Notes: generated by a model from the sequence alone, not told the origin. A stretch of DNA of 64,000 bases from the human T2T-CHM13v2.0 reference genome, Homo sapiens (GCF_009914755.1 NC_060933.1); one strand, 5' to 3'. Positions 12,411 through 26,386 are shown, counted from the first letter of the stretch. Numbers and translations are program-made.

Positions 12411-13435
12411 GTAGTTTTCTCCCCTCTATTTTTCATTCTTTTCTTGTCTGCCTTTTTCTCTTCTTAGTCCAGACTTGGCTGAAAGATTACCTTTCTCAGT
12501 AATAGACAGAGTTAATTGGAAGCCTCTGTTTTTATTGAAGCTGCCAGGCTATATTTCCTGTGGAAAAGCAAATTGGCTTGTTCCTGACAGCCACTGCCTT
12601 ACCTGTTTCTCTGAATCAACAGATAAATTAAGGTACAAACATATTCAAACAGATAGCAATAGAGTTTTCTCTGCAGGCTCAAAGTGGTTTTAAGTTACTC
12701 AAGTGTTTCATATTTATTGATGATAATGTTTTAACAAAGAGATGCTGAGTTATGATTACCATAAACCACTGGCAAATCTGCCATTTCAAGTCCAAAGTAT
12801 AGTGGAATGCAAATCATTTGCATTTATCTCTTTATCGCCAGCCAGACTTAAACTACTTAGAACTGACTTCATAACTGATTACTATTAGGAACAATGTTTG
12901 GACATGAATAATGTTAAAGGCACCATGAGGTGTCACAAGAATTACGTGCCTCTTGTGTCATGGCATCTCTGAATGCCATTTTATTTGCAGAGCTTTATGC
13001 TCCACAAATATTTGGTAGATACAGTACAGAAGTGATATAATATTTTTATAGACAATTCTGAATGAGTATAACATCATCTTACAGATTGGAGGAGAAAGAC
13101 GTTTATTTATCTCACATGTCTGCAGCCAACTATTAATGTCTTTTCATGCTAGTAGACTTTTGTCTGTCCCCTTCTTGTATAATAATGGATTTGGTCAATA
13201 TTAAAGAAAATTTAGACTATATTATTTTATAAAATTAAATGTTATTTGCAAGGCTTCCTCTGTTGAGGCTTACTGAATTTCTTGCTAATTCAGAGCTCCT
13301 TTCTATTTTTATAGCAATGTTCCCAGAGTGACAGCCTAAGCCGCATTCACATGATACATTTGTCAATGTCTAGGCTTGCCTTGAATGTTCACACTGTGTG
13401 CTAACTAGAAATTGATTTGAATATTGAACTACTTA

Positions 13436-15168
13436 CAGGCATACTTCATTTTATTTTGCTTCACTTAATTGTGCCTCACAGTTATTGCATTTTTAAAACT
13501 AATTAAAGGCCATGGCAACCCTGGCAGGGCATCCAGCCAGTCTATCAGGACTATTTTTCCAATAGCATGTACCCACTTTGTATCTCTGTGTCACATTTTC
13601 ATAATTCATGCAATATTTCAAACTTTTTAAAAAATTATTCTATCTCATGGTGATCTGTGGTCAGTGATCTTCAGTGTTACTGTTGTAATTGTTTTGGGGC
13701 TCCATGAACTGTGCCCATATAAGACAGAGAACTTAATAAATGTTATGTATGTTCTGACTGCTCCACTGGCCAGCTGTTCCCCCCTGTCTCTCTCTCTCCT
13801 CAGTCCTCTCTATGTCCTGAGGCACAACAATGATGAAATTGGGTCAATGAATAATTAGAGGCCCTACAATGGCCTTTAATTGTTCACAGGAAAGGAATTG
13901 TCATACATCTCTCACATACAATCAGAAGCTAGACATGATTAAGCTTAGTGAAAAAAGCATGTCAAAAGTTGAGATAGGCCAAAAGCTGGGCCTCTTGTGC
14001 CATGCTGTTAGCAAAATTGTGGTGGCAAAGGAAATCTTCTTGAAGAAAATTAAAAGTGCTACACCAGTGAACACACAAATGATAAGAAAGTGAAACAACT
14101 TTTGCTGTTTCAGTGAAATTGCTGATAGAATATTTTAGTGGTCTGGATAGAAGATCAAACCAGCCACTACACTCCCTTAAGCCAAAGCCTAATGTGGAGC
14201 AAGGCACCAACTCTTCAATTCTATCGAGGCTGCAAGAGGTGAGGAAGCTGCAGAAGAAAACTTTGAAGGTAGCAAATGTTAGTTCATGAGGTTTAAGAAA
14301 ATAACCCGTCTTCATAACATAAAAGTACAAGATGATGGAGCAAGTGTGAAGTAGAAGCTTCAGTAAGTTATTCAAAAGATCTAGCTAAGATAATTGATGA
14401 AGGTAGCTACACTAAACAACAGATTTTTCATGTAGACAAAACAGCTTTATAATGAAAGAAGGTGCCACCTAGGACTAGCAAGATAACTAGATTTAGAAGT
14501 GGAGCCCAAAGATGTGACTGAATTGCTGAAATCTCATGATAAAACTTAAATGGATAAATTGCTTCTTATGAATTAGCAAAGAAAGTAGTTTCTTCAGATG
14601 GAGCCTACCCCCAAGTGAAGATGCCATACACATTGATGAAGTGACAATGAAGGACTTAGGATAATGTATAAATTTAGTTGATAAAGCAGCAATGGAGTTT
14701 GAGAGAAATGACTTCAATTTTGAAAGAAGTTCTACTGCAGTAAAATGCTTTTAACAGCATCCCATGCTCCAGAGAAATCTTTCATAAAAGGAAGAGTTAA
14801 TCAGTGTGGCAAACTCCATTGTCTTATTTTTAAAAATTGCCACAATTACCCCAACCTTCAACAACCACCAGCCTGATCAGTCAGCAGCCATCACATAAAT
14901 CCTCCACCAACAAAAAGATGATGACTTGTTGAAGCTCAGATGGTAATTAGCATTTTTGTAAGAAAGTATTTTTAAATTAAGGTATATGCATTTCTCGTTA
15001 AGATAGATATAATGTTATTGCACACTTAGTAGACAGACTAGAGTATAGTTAAATGTAACTTTTATATGCAATGGGAAACCGAAAAATTTCTGTGACCTTC
15101 TTTATTGTAATGTTCACTTCATTGTGGTGGCCTCAAACTGAACTCACAATATTTCCAAGGTACGCTTG
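13436..15168 (+). mobile_element. Tigger1 DNA transposon, internally deleted
   Basis: TA|caggcatac 5' TIR and ggtacgcttg 3' TIR; about 1.73 kb versus about 2.4 kb for a full element; junction near 14480. Confidence 0.93.
13869..14480 (+). pseudogene. Tigger1 (pogo/CENP-B-like) transposase remnant
   Basis: ORF 13869-14093 [43 protein letters not shown] is the N-terminal HTH; stops and frameshifts follow. Confidence 0.88.
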
Positions 15169-15387
15169 TTCTTTCACAGGAAATACATCTGACTGGAGTC
15201 CATAATGCCTGTGGACCTCCAGAGCTAAAACATCAAAGCTACAGTGAAAGAGTGGTCTTTTCTTCACTGCTATGCCCTCAAAGGAGAAGGGACTTATCCT
15301 GAGGAAAGGGAGAGCTGAGGTGGACCGTTGTAGATAGAGACATCCCGTTGCTGAGACAATGGGAGTGTCGTCCAGCCTCCACACTGG

Positions 15388-16260
15388 TGTTGAAGCCAAA
15401 ACGGCACCAACAAATTTAAAGGCAAGGAAAACTTTATTTATTTATTTACATGTTTTTGAGACAGAGCCTCACTCTGTCACCTAGGCTGGAGTGCAGTGGT
15501 GCGATCTCAGGTCACTGCAGCCTCCTCTTCCCAGGTTCAATCAATTGTCTTGCCTCAGCATCTTGAGTAGCTGGGACTACAGGGATGCATCAATGCGCCC
15601 AGCTAATTTTTGTATTTTTAGTAGAGATGGAGGTTCACCATGTTGACCAGGCTGGTCTTGGTTTCCTGACATCAGGTGATCTGCCCACCTCAGCCTCCCG
15701 AAGTGCCGGGATTACAGTCATGGGCCACTGTGCCCAGCCAAAGAAGACTGTATTCAAGACTATTGAAATAGAAGAAAGGGACTGAACTCTTCTTCACTGA
15801 AACAAAAGTTAGAAGGGTTTTTAAGCACTTGGATGAGCTGGTGGAAAAGTACTGGTTGACATTAGGGGATAGATTGATCAATGAGATAGTTTGATCACAT
15901 TTAATTATTCCTGAGTTTGCAAATGTTTTTCTCTGCAAATAGGGCATCTGTGTTTGCTAATTGTTACCCATCAAAGTTAGGTTCCTACCTTCTCAAAGAG
16001 ACTGAAATATAGTGGTGCCATCTCCTTTGATGTTTACATTTTAAGAGATGGTTCCCAGGTTCTTAAAAAAGACATTTCCTAGACTGTAAAACTGGAAAAT
16101 AGCTGGGAAGGGATTGACATACATTTCAAAAGGGAAGAGAAAGAATTTACAATTGCAGATTTTCTAAAGTAAATGCTCTAAAAAAAGGAAGGTCAGAGGC
16201 TCATTGTCTGGTAGAAATATGTCTAAAGCTTAGTCAAGCTGAGGGGAACTGTTTTTATCA
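15388..16260 (-). mobile_element. ERV1/MER4-group solo LTR (MER67-like) interrupted by an Alu
   Basis: TG..CA ends, 4-bp TSD ctgg/ttgg, ttttctaaagtaaatgctcta and tagtcaagctgaggggaac motifs. Confidence 0.72.
15434..15739 (-). mobile_element. Alu (S/J) inside the LTR
   Basis: (TTTA)n tail, dimeric body, degenerate TSD aaggaaaact/aaagaagact. Confidence 0.96.
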
Positions 16261-16886
16261 TTGGAGTAGTGCTAATGTCTCAAGGAGAGATGACCTCAAT
16301 AAAGAGTGACTCCCAAAAAGTAGTGCCATGAAAGTTTCTTTAAGAAAGCAGAGACCCAAGGCAGTGCTGAGAGAAGAAGGGCATTTCTTCATACCAAGTC
16401 TGCACAGTGATCATTGAAGCAGATAGGAGCAAAGTCTCTGCCAGAGCCAATGAAGAACAAAGTCAATGAAAGATCAATAGGCAGTAATAGCAGAACTGAC
16501 AACAAAAAGCATTCCTGTAATAGCACCTTTCTGGGAAGTAGATGGGAAGTTTAATTCTCCATTTGGCTAGTGTGGCAGCTGTGGTGCCAAGCGCAGAAAA
16601 GTCAGTGGGTGTAATGGAAGGTGGCAACTACTCATAGGTAAATGTGAGCACCCCATGAACCACTCTGGAGTGAAAGGGAAATAGAGTCGTGCATTGCCTA
16701 ACAACAGTCACATGTTCTGAGCTATGTGTCATTAGACAATTTCATCGTTGTGCAAACATCATAGGGTATACTTACATAAACCTAGATTATATAGCCTACT
16801 ATCACTTAGGTATGGTGTAGCCTACTGTTCCTAGGCTACAAACCTGTACAGCATGTCACTGTACTGAATACTATAGGCAATTGAAC

Positions 16887-17291
16887 TGTTACATCAAGTT
16901 TAGCCTTAAACTGCCTCCTTACATAGTTAAGTTTGGCCTAAAGTTTTTCGTGTACATCATGAACTATATAACAAGTGGAGGGGTAAACCAACCATAGCCC
17001 ACACCTGTGCCAATCACTGAGTTTTGGGCAATCAAATGTAGCCAACTGTTCAAACCGTGTTCAAAGAAGGCAAACACCAAGATGTAATCAATCCAGTTGT
17101 TTCTGTACCACACTTCCAATTTCTATATGTCACTTCCCTTTTTTTTTTGTCTATAAATCTTTTTCCTCAATGTGGCTGCATGGAAGTCTCTCTGAATCTG
17201 CTGTGTTTCTGGGGGATGCCTGGTTAGCGAATTGTTCATTGCTCAATTAAACTTCCTTAAATTTAATTCGGCTGAAGTTTTTCCTCTAACA
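16887..17291 (+). mobile_element. MER57-type ERV1 solo LTR
   Basis: tgtta...taaca ends, perfect 4-bp TSD gaac, ccaatc boxes, tataaa, attaaa. Confidence 0.87.
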
Positions 17292-17336
17292 GAACACAAT
17301 GGTAAATATCTGTATATCTAAACATAAAGAAGGTAG

Positions 17337-17922
<586 letters not shown>

Positions 17923-18189
17923 AGAAAAGGTACAGTAAAAATGTGGTATTTTAATCTTATTGGATAACCATTGTATATATAGTCTCTCCTTAACAGAAAT
18001 ACCCTTATGTGGGATATGACTGTATTTGGAAGTGGTTATGGTTTTAGTGACATTGTAGGGGGAAATGATCCTAGGAATTTGTCTTCTTTTATTTCTGATT
18101 CTGTAGTATCTTTCCAACTGATGTAGTTTTGGAAGTAGCATACTTAATTAAAAATAATATGTTGTCTTCATTATTCAAATGGAAATTTC

Positions 18190-18355
18190 AGTTTCAGTTT
18201 TGCTACTTACTACCTATGTTATCTTGAGCAAGTTCCTTAAATTCCTTATGCTTGAATTTTTGCTTCTGAAAAAATAAAAATAGAAATCCTGTGCAAGATT
18301 GGTATAATGTTTAAATGTATAAAAAGCACAAAGCATGTGCCTGGTACATGACACA
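18190..18355 (+). mobile_element. MIR fragment
   Basis: gctacttactacctatgttatcttgagcaagttccttaa...gtgcctggtacat. Confidence 0.75.
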
Positions 18356-18645
18356 CCCCCTACAAAGGTAAATCCCCATCTTCCGTTATACTCCTATACA
18401 TGATAGTCTCCAACATAATAAATTATCTCAATATTCAAGAGTAACTGATGTTAAAAACTTGACTAAGCCATCTGCTTTCTTTAGATAGTCTCTGTGCAAA
18501 GAAAGTTTAGAAAGTCAAGAAATTCTTTAAATTATTAAGATGACTGAAACATCCGGCCTCAGTTACTTGGAGAATTCAATTGAAAAAGATATAGTATTTT
18601 CTTAGCATAATGACCTCAATTCTCTAATCTATTTTGCATGTTTAG

Positions 18646-18737
18646 GCATACCTAGCGAGCCAAGAGAACTGGAAGAAAATGATCACAATTTGCAACTAGA
18701 ATATCACAAAATTCGTTCTAGTAACACTTTTGGCAAG
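18646..18737 (+). CDS. Candidate internal exon E (92 nt, phase 1-0; IPSEPRELEENDHNLQLEYHKIRSSNTFGK)
   Basis: ctaat branch point at 18624, tgtttag acceptor, AAG|gtgaaa donor, one open frame, purine-rich gaagaa motifs, two CpGs. Confidence 0.48.
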
Positions 18738-20341
18738 GTGAAATTTTATCATGTAATAAAACACAAATACACTTGTAAGAAATCTCTTCAACTTTTCTCA
18801 TGCTTTACTAAAAATATAAGAATGCTATGGTTTATAGATTGAACACCACCTTTAAATTTATGACTTCTATCCTATGGAACACATCAAGAGATATCATCTA
18901 AAAGAATGATTTACAAAGATGTCATGTATTAAATTAACATTAATACAAATTTATAGAATGTAATCATATTTGTTTATTTTTGATTTATTGCCTGGGCTTT
19001 TGGAATCTTATCCAAAAAATTATTGCCCAGAACAATATAATGGAGCTCTTCTGTATTTTTTCTTTCTTTCTTTCTAGTAACTTACAGTTTTTGGTCTTAT
19101 GTTAATAAGTCTTTTATCCATCTTAAGTTGATTTTTGTATGTGGTATGAGATGAGATCCAATTTCATTTTTCTGCATGTGGATATCTAGTTGTTTTTTTT
19201 AAATTTTATTTTAAGCCCAGGGGAACGTGCGAATTTGTTATATAGGCAAACTTGTGTCATGGGGGGTTTGTTGTACAGATTATTTCTTCACCCAGGTATT
19301 AAGTCTAGTACCTATTAGTTTTTTTTTTTTTAACCCTCTCCATCCTCCTACCTTCCACCCTCTGACAGGCCCCAGTGTGTGTTGTTCCCCTCTATATGTC
19401 CATGTGTTCTCATCATTTACTTCCCATTTATAACTGAGAACATGCAGTATTTGGTTTTCTGTTATTGTGTTACTTTGCTAAGGAAAACGGCCTCCAGCTC
19501 CATCCATGTTCCTGCAAAGGACATGATCTCCTTCTTTTTTATGGCTGCATAGTATTTAATGGTGTATATGTACCATATTTTCATTATGCAATCTATAATT
19601 TATGGGCATTTAGGGTGATTTCATGTCTTTGCTATTGTGAATAGAGCTGTAATGAACATATGTGTACATGTGTCTTTATAATAGAATGATTTATATTTCT
19701 TTGGGTATATACCTAGTGGTGGGTTTGCTGGGTCAAATGGTATTTATCTTTTTAGGTATTTAAGAAATTGCCACATTGTCGTCCACAATGGTTGAATTAA
19801 TTTACACTCCAACCAAGAGTGTATAAGAGTTCCTTTTTCTCTGCAACCTTGCCAGCATCTGGTAATTTTTGACTTTTAATAAATATCCATCCTTGACTTT
19901 TTAATAAATAGCCATTCTTACTTGTGTGAGATAGCATCTCAGTTTGGTTTTGATTTGCATTTCTCTAATGATCAGGGATGTTGAGCTGTTTTTGATATGA
20001 TTGTTGGCTGCATGTATGTCTTCTTTTGAAAGCTGCCTGTGTCCTATGCCTACTTTTTAATGGAGTTGTTTGCTTTTTCTTGTAAATTTAAGTATCCTTA
20101 TAGATTCTAGACATTAGATATTTGTCAGATGCATAGTTTGCAAAAACTTTCTCCCATTCTGTAGGTTGTCTGTTTACTCTGTTGATAGTTTCCTTTGCTG
20201 TGAAGAAGCTCTTTAATTAGATCCCATTTGTCAATTTTTGCTTTTGTTGCCATTGTTTCTTGTCACCTTCCTTATGAAATCTTTGCTCATTCCTATGTCC
20301 AGAATGATATTGTTTTGGTTGTCTGCCGGAGTTTTTATAGT

Positions 20342-20430
20342 AAATAATCTGTAAAACAAACCCCTGTGACACAAGTTTACCTAAGTAACAGACCTACAGT
20401 TTTACCCCTGAACTTAAAAGTTAAAAAAAA
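20342..20430 (+). mobile_element. About 90-bp L1PA13-16 extreme 3' end nested in the L1PA
   Basis: aaataatctgtaaaacaaacccctgtgacacaagtttacc...cccctgaacttaaaagttaaaaaaaa. Confidence 0.85.
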
Positions 20431-20823
20431 GTTTTAGATTTTATATTTCTCTTAAATCATTCTCGAGTTAATTTTTATATACAGTGTAAGAAAGGAGTCC
20501 AGTTTCAGTCTTCTGCATATGGCTAGCCAGTTATCTCAGCACTATTTATTGAATAGGAAATCTTTTTCCCATTGCTTAATTTTGTCTGGTTTTCAAAAAT
20601 TAGATAGTTTTAGGTGTTCAGCCTTATTTCTGGGTTCTTTATTCTGTTCTGTTGGTTTATGTGTCTATTTTTATATTAGTACCATGATGTTTTGGTTACT
20701 GTACCCCTGAAGTATAGTTTGAGGTTGGGTAGCCTGGTACCTCCAGCTTTGTTCTGTTAGTTTAGGATTGCCTTGGCTATTCAGGCTTGTTTTTGGTTCC
20801 ATATGAAATTTAAGACAGTTTTT

Positions 20824-20954
20824 TTCTAGTTCTATGAAGAATGAGGCCAGCATCATCCTGACACAAAGTTCTAGTTCTATGAAGAATGAGGCCAGCATCA
20901 TCCTGATACAAAGTTCTAGTTCTATGAAGAATGAGGCCAGCATCATCCTGATAC
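20824..20954. repeat. 45-bp tandem triplication at the L1 inversion junction
   Basis: ttctagttctatgaagaatgaggccagcatcatcctga(c/t)acaaag at 20824, 20869 and 20914. Confidence 0.97.
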
Positions 20955-23029
20955 TGTGGCAGAGACACAATAAAAGAAAACTTCAGGCCAATATCCTTGA
21001 TGAGCATCAATGCAAAAATTCTCAACAAAATACTGGATGACTGAATCTAGCAGCACATCAAAAAGCTTATTCACCATGATGAAGTGGGCTTTATCCCTAG
21101 GATGCAAGGTTGATTGAACATATGTAAATCAACAAATGTGATTCATCACATAAACAGAACTAAAGACAAAAATCACATGACTATCTCGATAGATACAAAA
21201 AAGGCTTTTAATAAAATTCAACACCTCTTTATGTTAAAAACTCTCAATTAGCTAGGTATTGAAGGAACATACCTCAAAATATAACAATAGGAGCCATCTA
21301 TGACAAACCCATAGCCAACATCATCCTGAATGGGCAAAAGCTGGAAGCATTCCTTTTGAAGAGCAGCTCAAACAAGGATGCCCTCTCTCATCACTCTTAT
21401 TCAACACAGTATTGGAAGTCCTGGCAAGGACAGTCAGGCAAGAGAAAGAAATAAGTGTATTCAAATAGGAAGAGAGGAAGTCAAACTATCCATTTTTGCA
21501 GATAACATGATTCTATATCTAGAAAACCTCATAGTCTCATCTTCTTAAGCTGATAAACAACTTCAGCAATGTCTTAGGATACAAAATCAATGTGCAAAAG
21601 TCACTAACACTTCTATACAACAAGACTCAAACCAAGAGCCACATCAGAAATGCAATCCCATTCACAATTGCCACAAAAATAATAAAATATCTAGGAATAT
21701 AAAGATCTCTACAAAGAGAACTACAAAACACTTCTCAAAGAAATCAGAGATGACAAAAACAAATGGAAAAACATTCCGTGCTCATGGGTAGGAACAATCA
21801 AAATTGTTAAAATGGCCATACTGCCAAAGCAATTTTTAGGTCAATGTTATTCCTATTAAACTACCATGGATATCTAGTTTACCAGCTTCATTTGTTTAAA
21901 AGACTGTCCTTTCCCCATTTTGTGTTTTATCATTCTTGTCAAAGGTCAGTTGACCAATACTTGCATTCTGGACTTTCTGTCCTGTTCCACTGATCAATAT
22001 GTCTGTTTTCATGGCAGTTCCATGCTGTTTTGATTACAATAGCTTTATAATATATCAAACTAAAAAGCTTCTGCACAGTAAAGGAAACAATTAACAGAAT
22101 AAAGAGATAATACACAGATTGGGAGAAAATATTTACAACCCATACATCTAACAAGGGGCTAATATCCAAAATATATAAGGAACTCAAGCAACTCAATAGC
22201 AACAAAATAATAAACCAATTATAAAATAAGCAAAAGACCTGAATAGACATTTCTCAAAAGAAGAAATACAAATGGCCGACAGATATATGACAAAATGCTC
22301 AACATCTCTAATCATCATGAAAATGCAAATTAAAACTGCAATGAGATACTGCCATACACATTTAAAAACGGCTATTATCAAAAAGACAAAAGGTAAAAAG
22401 TGTTGGTGAGGATGTGGAGAAAAGAAAATCTTTGTATGCTGTTGATGGGACTGTAAATTAGTACAGCCATTTCAGTAAATAGTATGGAGTGTCCTTAAAA
22501 ACAAAAAATAGAATTATCATATAAGCCAGTAATCATACTTTTGAGCTTATATTTAAGGGCATTGAAATCAGTATGATGAAGAGCGATCTGTACTCCCACG
22601 TTCATTGCAGCATTATTCACAATAGCAAAGGAGTGAAAGCAGCCTAAGTGTCCATCAACAGATGAATGGAGGAAGAAAATGTTGTCTGTACAGACACAAT
22701 GGAATACTATTTAGCCTAAAAAAGAAGAAAATTCTGTCACTTGTGACAACATAGATGGAACTGGAGAATATTATGCTAAGTGAAATCTGGGCACAGAAAG
22801 ACAAAAATATTGTAGGATCTCACTTATATGTGGAATATAAAAAAATTGATCTTATAGAAACAGAAAATAGAAAGGTGGTTGTCAGAGCCTGGGAGACAAG
22901 GGAAGAAATGAGATAAGGTAAGTTGATTAAAGGGTACAAAATCTTAGATAGACTGGAGCAATAAGTTTTGTAATCTATCACACTGCATGGTATCCACAGT
23001 TAACAATAATGTATATCTCAAAATTGCTA

Positions 23030-23339
<310 letters not shown>

Positions 23340-23688
23340 AAAACTGCTAAAAATTTTTAATGTTCTCACCACGAAAAACAATGAATTGGTGAGATGACAG
23401 ATATGTTAATTAGCTGGATTGAACCTTTCTACAATGTATTTATAGATCAAAGCATCACATTTTACCTGTAAGTATACCCAGTTATTTGTCAATTAAAAAT
23501 AATTTTACAAATAAATATATATCCTAAATATGTCATATGAAAAAAGAGTGGTAAGTTTTGTGTCTCTCTGTAGGTATGTATGTAGGTATATGTGAGGCTC
23601 TGGAATATGAATTGAGTTAATCTTACTTTCTTGGATCTCTGCAAGTAGGTATTTGAAAGTAATTCTCCTTTTCTCTTGCTTTGTGTAG

Positions 23689-23727
23689 TATCTGTTTCAG
23701 TGCAAATATTTTAATGAATTTATATGG
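23689..23727 (+). CDS. Candidate internal exon F (39 nt, phase 0-0; YLFQCKYFNEFIW)
   Basis: Long pyrimidine tract plus tgtag acceptor, TGG|gtaatt donor. Confidence 0.4.
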
Positions 23728-23946
23728 GTAATTAGTTTCATGTGATTATACTTTCCTCCAGCATTTCTAGAAATATCTTAAATGCCAACATTTCCTATCT
23801 TTTATCACACAGATATAGGAAGGCTGACAATCAGCAATGGCTATGTTAAACTCTGCATAGGTGTGCTACTGTGCCTTGAACATTTTTTCTCACACTTGTC
23901 TCTGAAAGCCCATTTGCATCATTTATATTGATACTCCATATTCTTG

Positions 23947-24451
23947 TGTTATAGCAAGAATAATAGCCCCCAATGATGTTCACATTTTTATCACTGGAAA
24001 CTGTGATAATCTTACCTTACATGGCAAAGGAATTTTACAGATGTAATTAAGATTAAGAACCTTTAGTTATGGAGATTATTCTGGATTATCCAGTTGGAAC
24101 CAATCTAATCCTATTCATCTTTAAGAGTAGAGAGCCTTTCCAGGCTGTGATCAGAGAGGGGACCACTGAAGAAGGGTCAGGGAGATGGAGATTGCTGGCT
24201 TTAAAGACAAAGGAAAGGGAGGTGAACAATAGGGCCAAAGATTATACAGATCCTCTAGAAGTAGAAAAAGGAGGAAATGAATTTACTTTTAGAGCCTACA
24301 GAAAGGAATGCAGATCTGCTGACATCTTGATTTTAGCTCAGTGAGATCACAATGGACTTTTTACCTACAGAATGATAGAGCAATAAATTTGCATTGTTTT
24401 AGGCCATGCCTTTTGTAGTAATTTTGACAGTAGCAATAGAAAATGAATACA
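23947..24451 (+). mobile_element. MLT1D-like MaLR solo LTR
   Basis: ttaccttacatggcaaaggaattttacagatgtaattaag...agcaatagaaaatgaataca; TSD tcttg/ccttg. Confidence 0.9.
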
Positions 24452-24585
24452 CCTTGATTCCAAATATATAAGCCTGGTATAAGCTGAATGATGGGAATGG
24501 GTTGTGAGGAGGCATTCAGCTTTACAATTCATGTATGAGTCCTGCCTCTTTCCTGAAATTCCACTGAAAACACTAACTGGAAAAG

Positions 24586-24620
24586 GTTTCAAGACCAGTT
24601 CTGGCCACATCTTCAATATG
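24586..24620 (+). CDS. Candidate exon G (35 nt, phase 0-2; VSRPVLATSSI)
   Basis: Good ATG|gtatgt donor and ctaac branch point, but a poor purine-rich acceptor. Confidence 0.2.
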
Positions 24621-25340
24621 GTATGTTGATTGCTTATTTGCCAGAACTAGTCGTTGTGCACATTTTGGGGCTGTGTATAAAATCTTTTCAAACAGAATCA
24701 CTTCAGCCACACTGGTGTCTTTACACATTTCTAACAATCCACAGACCATGTGATTATCACCAGCCACTTAACCTGTTCACTCAACCTGTGATTTCTCATT
24801 GCTGAACTCTTACTAATTTAGCTGAGGGAGAGGGAAACCTGATTTGTTCTTTTCTCCTTACTCTTAGGGAGTTTAATATTTCTCTTCTTATTGCCTTTTA
24901 AAGGTATTTCCTCCAAATCAGACTTATAACATCTTTCTCTTACATACCTACTCCCACAAGGGTGTATTGTACGTGTGTGTGTGTGTATGTGTCTGTTACA
25001 AGTTTACTATAGAAGGGCATATTTCTCATTTTCTTTCAGTCTACATTTCTATCTGTAATATGCTTTTTTTTTTCTTCCCCACCCATACCCAGTTTACCTT
25101 TCTGGTTCCTATCCTATGAATCTTTGACTTTATATGTTCACAATACAAAACTAAAGAGTGAATTTAAGTTCATGCATGTGTGTGCATGTATATGTGTGCC
25201 AACATGTGCTTAATATCAATTTACTTATAAATTGCTACTCAACTACATATACACGCATATGTTGACATGAAATAAATCAAATTAAAAATGAAATAATTAA
25301 TATTAGGTAGCTTTTGCTTTTGATTGATTTTTCTCTCCAG

Positions 25341-25370
25341 GCCTATAAGTTTTGATGGGAAAACGAGTGT
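25341..25370 (+). CDS. Candidate exon H (30 nt, phase 2-2; PISFDGKTS)
   Basis: Strong tttttctctccag acceptor, weak gtaaac donor. Confidence 0.25.
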
Positions 25371-26243
25371 GTAAACCATTAATATTCTGAAGGTTTTTTG
25401 TTAGTTAAGGTTGTAGTTGTCGCTCCTTATTGAGATTATACCATATGCTCTGATTGCCAGTGCTTGTTTTGGCTCATATTAAGAGTGATGATGAAAGCTT
25501 TTATTTTACCAAAGCATGCTTTATCTTCTGCCCACTAAATAATTCACTAGATAAATATGTATAAATTTATATGTATAATATCTATAAATTATATGCTACA
25601 CATCATTTAAAGAGAATGTAGCCATACAGTTATTATCCTACTCAAAATTACATTAAAAATAGCAGGGTATGAAATTGAGTCAAGGATATGATAAAGCTAG
25701 TCATTGATTTATCAAATATTTTAGCTATTTAAAAAAGTACTGGAGCTTCCCTAGTCTTCACCATCTCTCACTGTTGTTCCCAGTGCCCCAATATTCCTAC
25801 TTTATTATTTTTCTTACACATATCCTAGAACAAAATGTTTATTATAAACTCAAAGATTAGAACAAAAGCTAAATATGATGGTAGTAATAACACTGCATGT
25901 AACCTAGAGAAAATGTTTTTCCACCACTTAGGGAACTGAAACATTACTTGCAGCGGGCTGGATGCCAATACATTCTAATAGAAGTTACTTTGGGGACAAA
26001 AAATAGACTACCACAAGAAATTTGGAGCAAGCAAAAGGAAATTAGAAAGAGTTGTTGCAAAGTGCAGATGGCAGTCCAGGGGATTTTGTGACTTTCTAAC
26101 ATAAATAGTTCTGTGAGGCAAGCATCCAACATACCAGCTCAATTTTGTTTGAACTGTACTCCAGCAACAGAAAAATATAGGAGTGACAATAATGCATATT
26201 AACTAGATGCAATTCAGAAATAGCAATTCTCTTCCATTTTCAG

Positions 26244-26386
26244 TTGGTTAGAAGATGAACATATGATGGGAGAAAACAAAACATGGTCATTTAAATCTCT
26301 TCTTGTGGTATTCATGTTTGTATTTTTGTATATTATAGTCCCATGGTACCAGCTGCATATAACTGCTTACTATCTATTGCAGTTAA
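26244..26386 (+). CDS. Candidate exon I (143 nt, phase 2-1) encoding a hydrophobic helix
   Basis: ctcttccattttcag acceptor; open frame WLEDEHMMGENKTWSFKSLLVVFMFVFLYIIVPWYQLHITAYYLLQL; weak gtaaat donor. Confidence 0.3.

Larger units (their letters stand above)
19192..21866 (-). mobile_element. 5'-inverted L1PA13-15-type element
   Basis: 3' UTR/ORF2 antisense 19192-~20843, inverted ORF2 arm to 21866; 13-bp TSD tggatatctagtt at 19179-19191 and 21867-21879. Confidence 0.9.

Noticed and set aside
15180-15320. Possible exon after a strong ttctttcacag acceptor
   Set aside because: The acceptor abuts the Tigger1 end, the donor is poor and the longest frame closes at a TGA.
20824-20954. Regularly spaced direct repeats resembling a CRISPR array
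   Set aside because: Head-to-tail units with no unique spacers, composed of L1 sequence, in primate DNA with no cas genes.
23520-23557. GTG|gtaagt donor-like site
   Set aside because: No acceptor upstream; it directly follows the L1MA tail.
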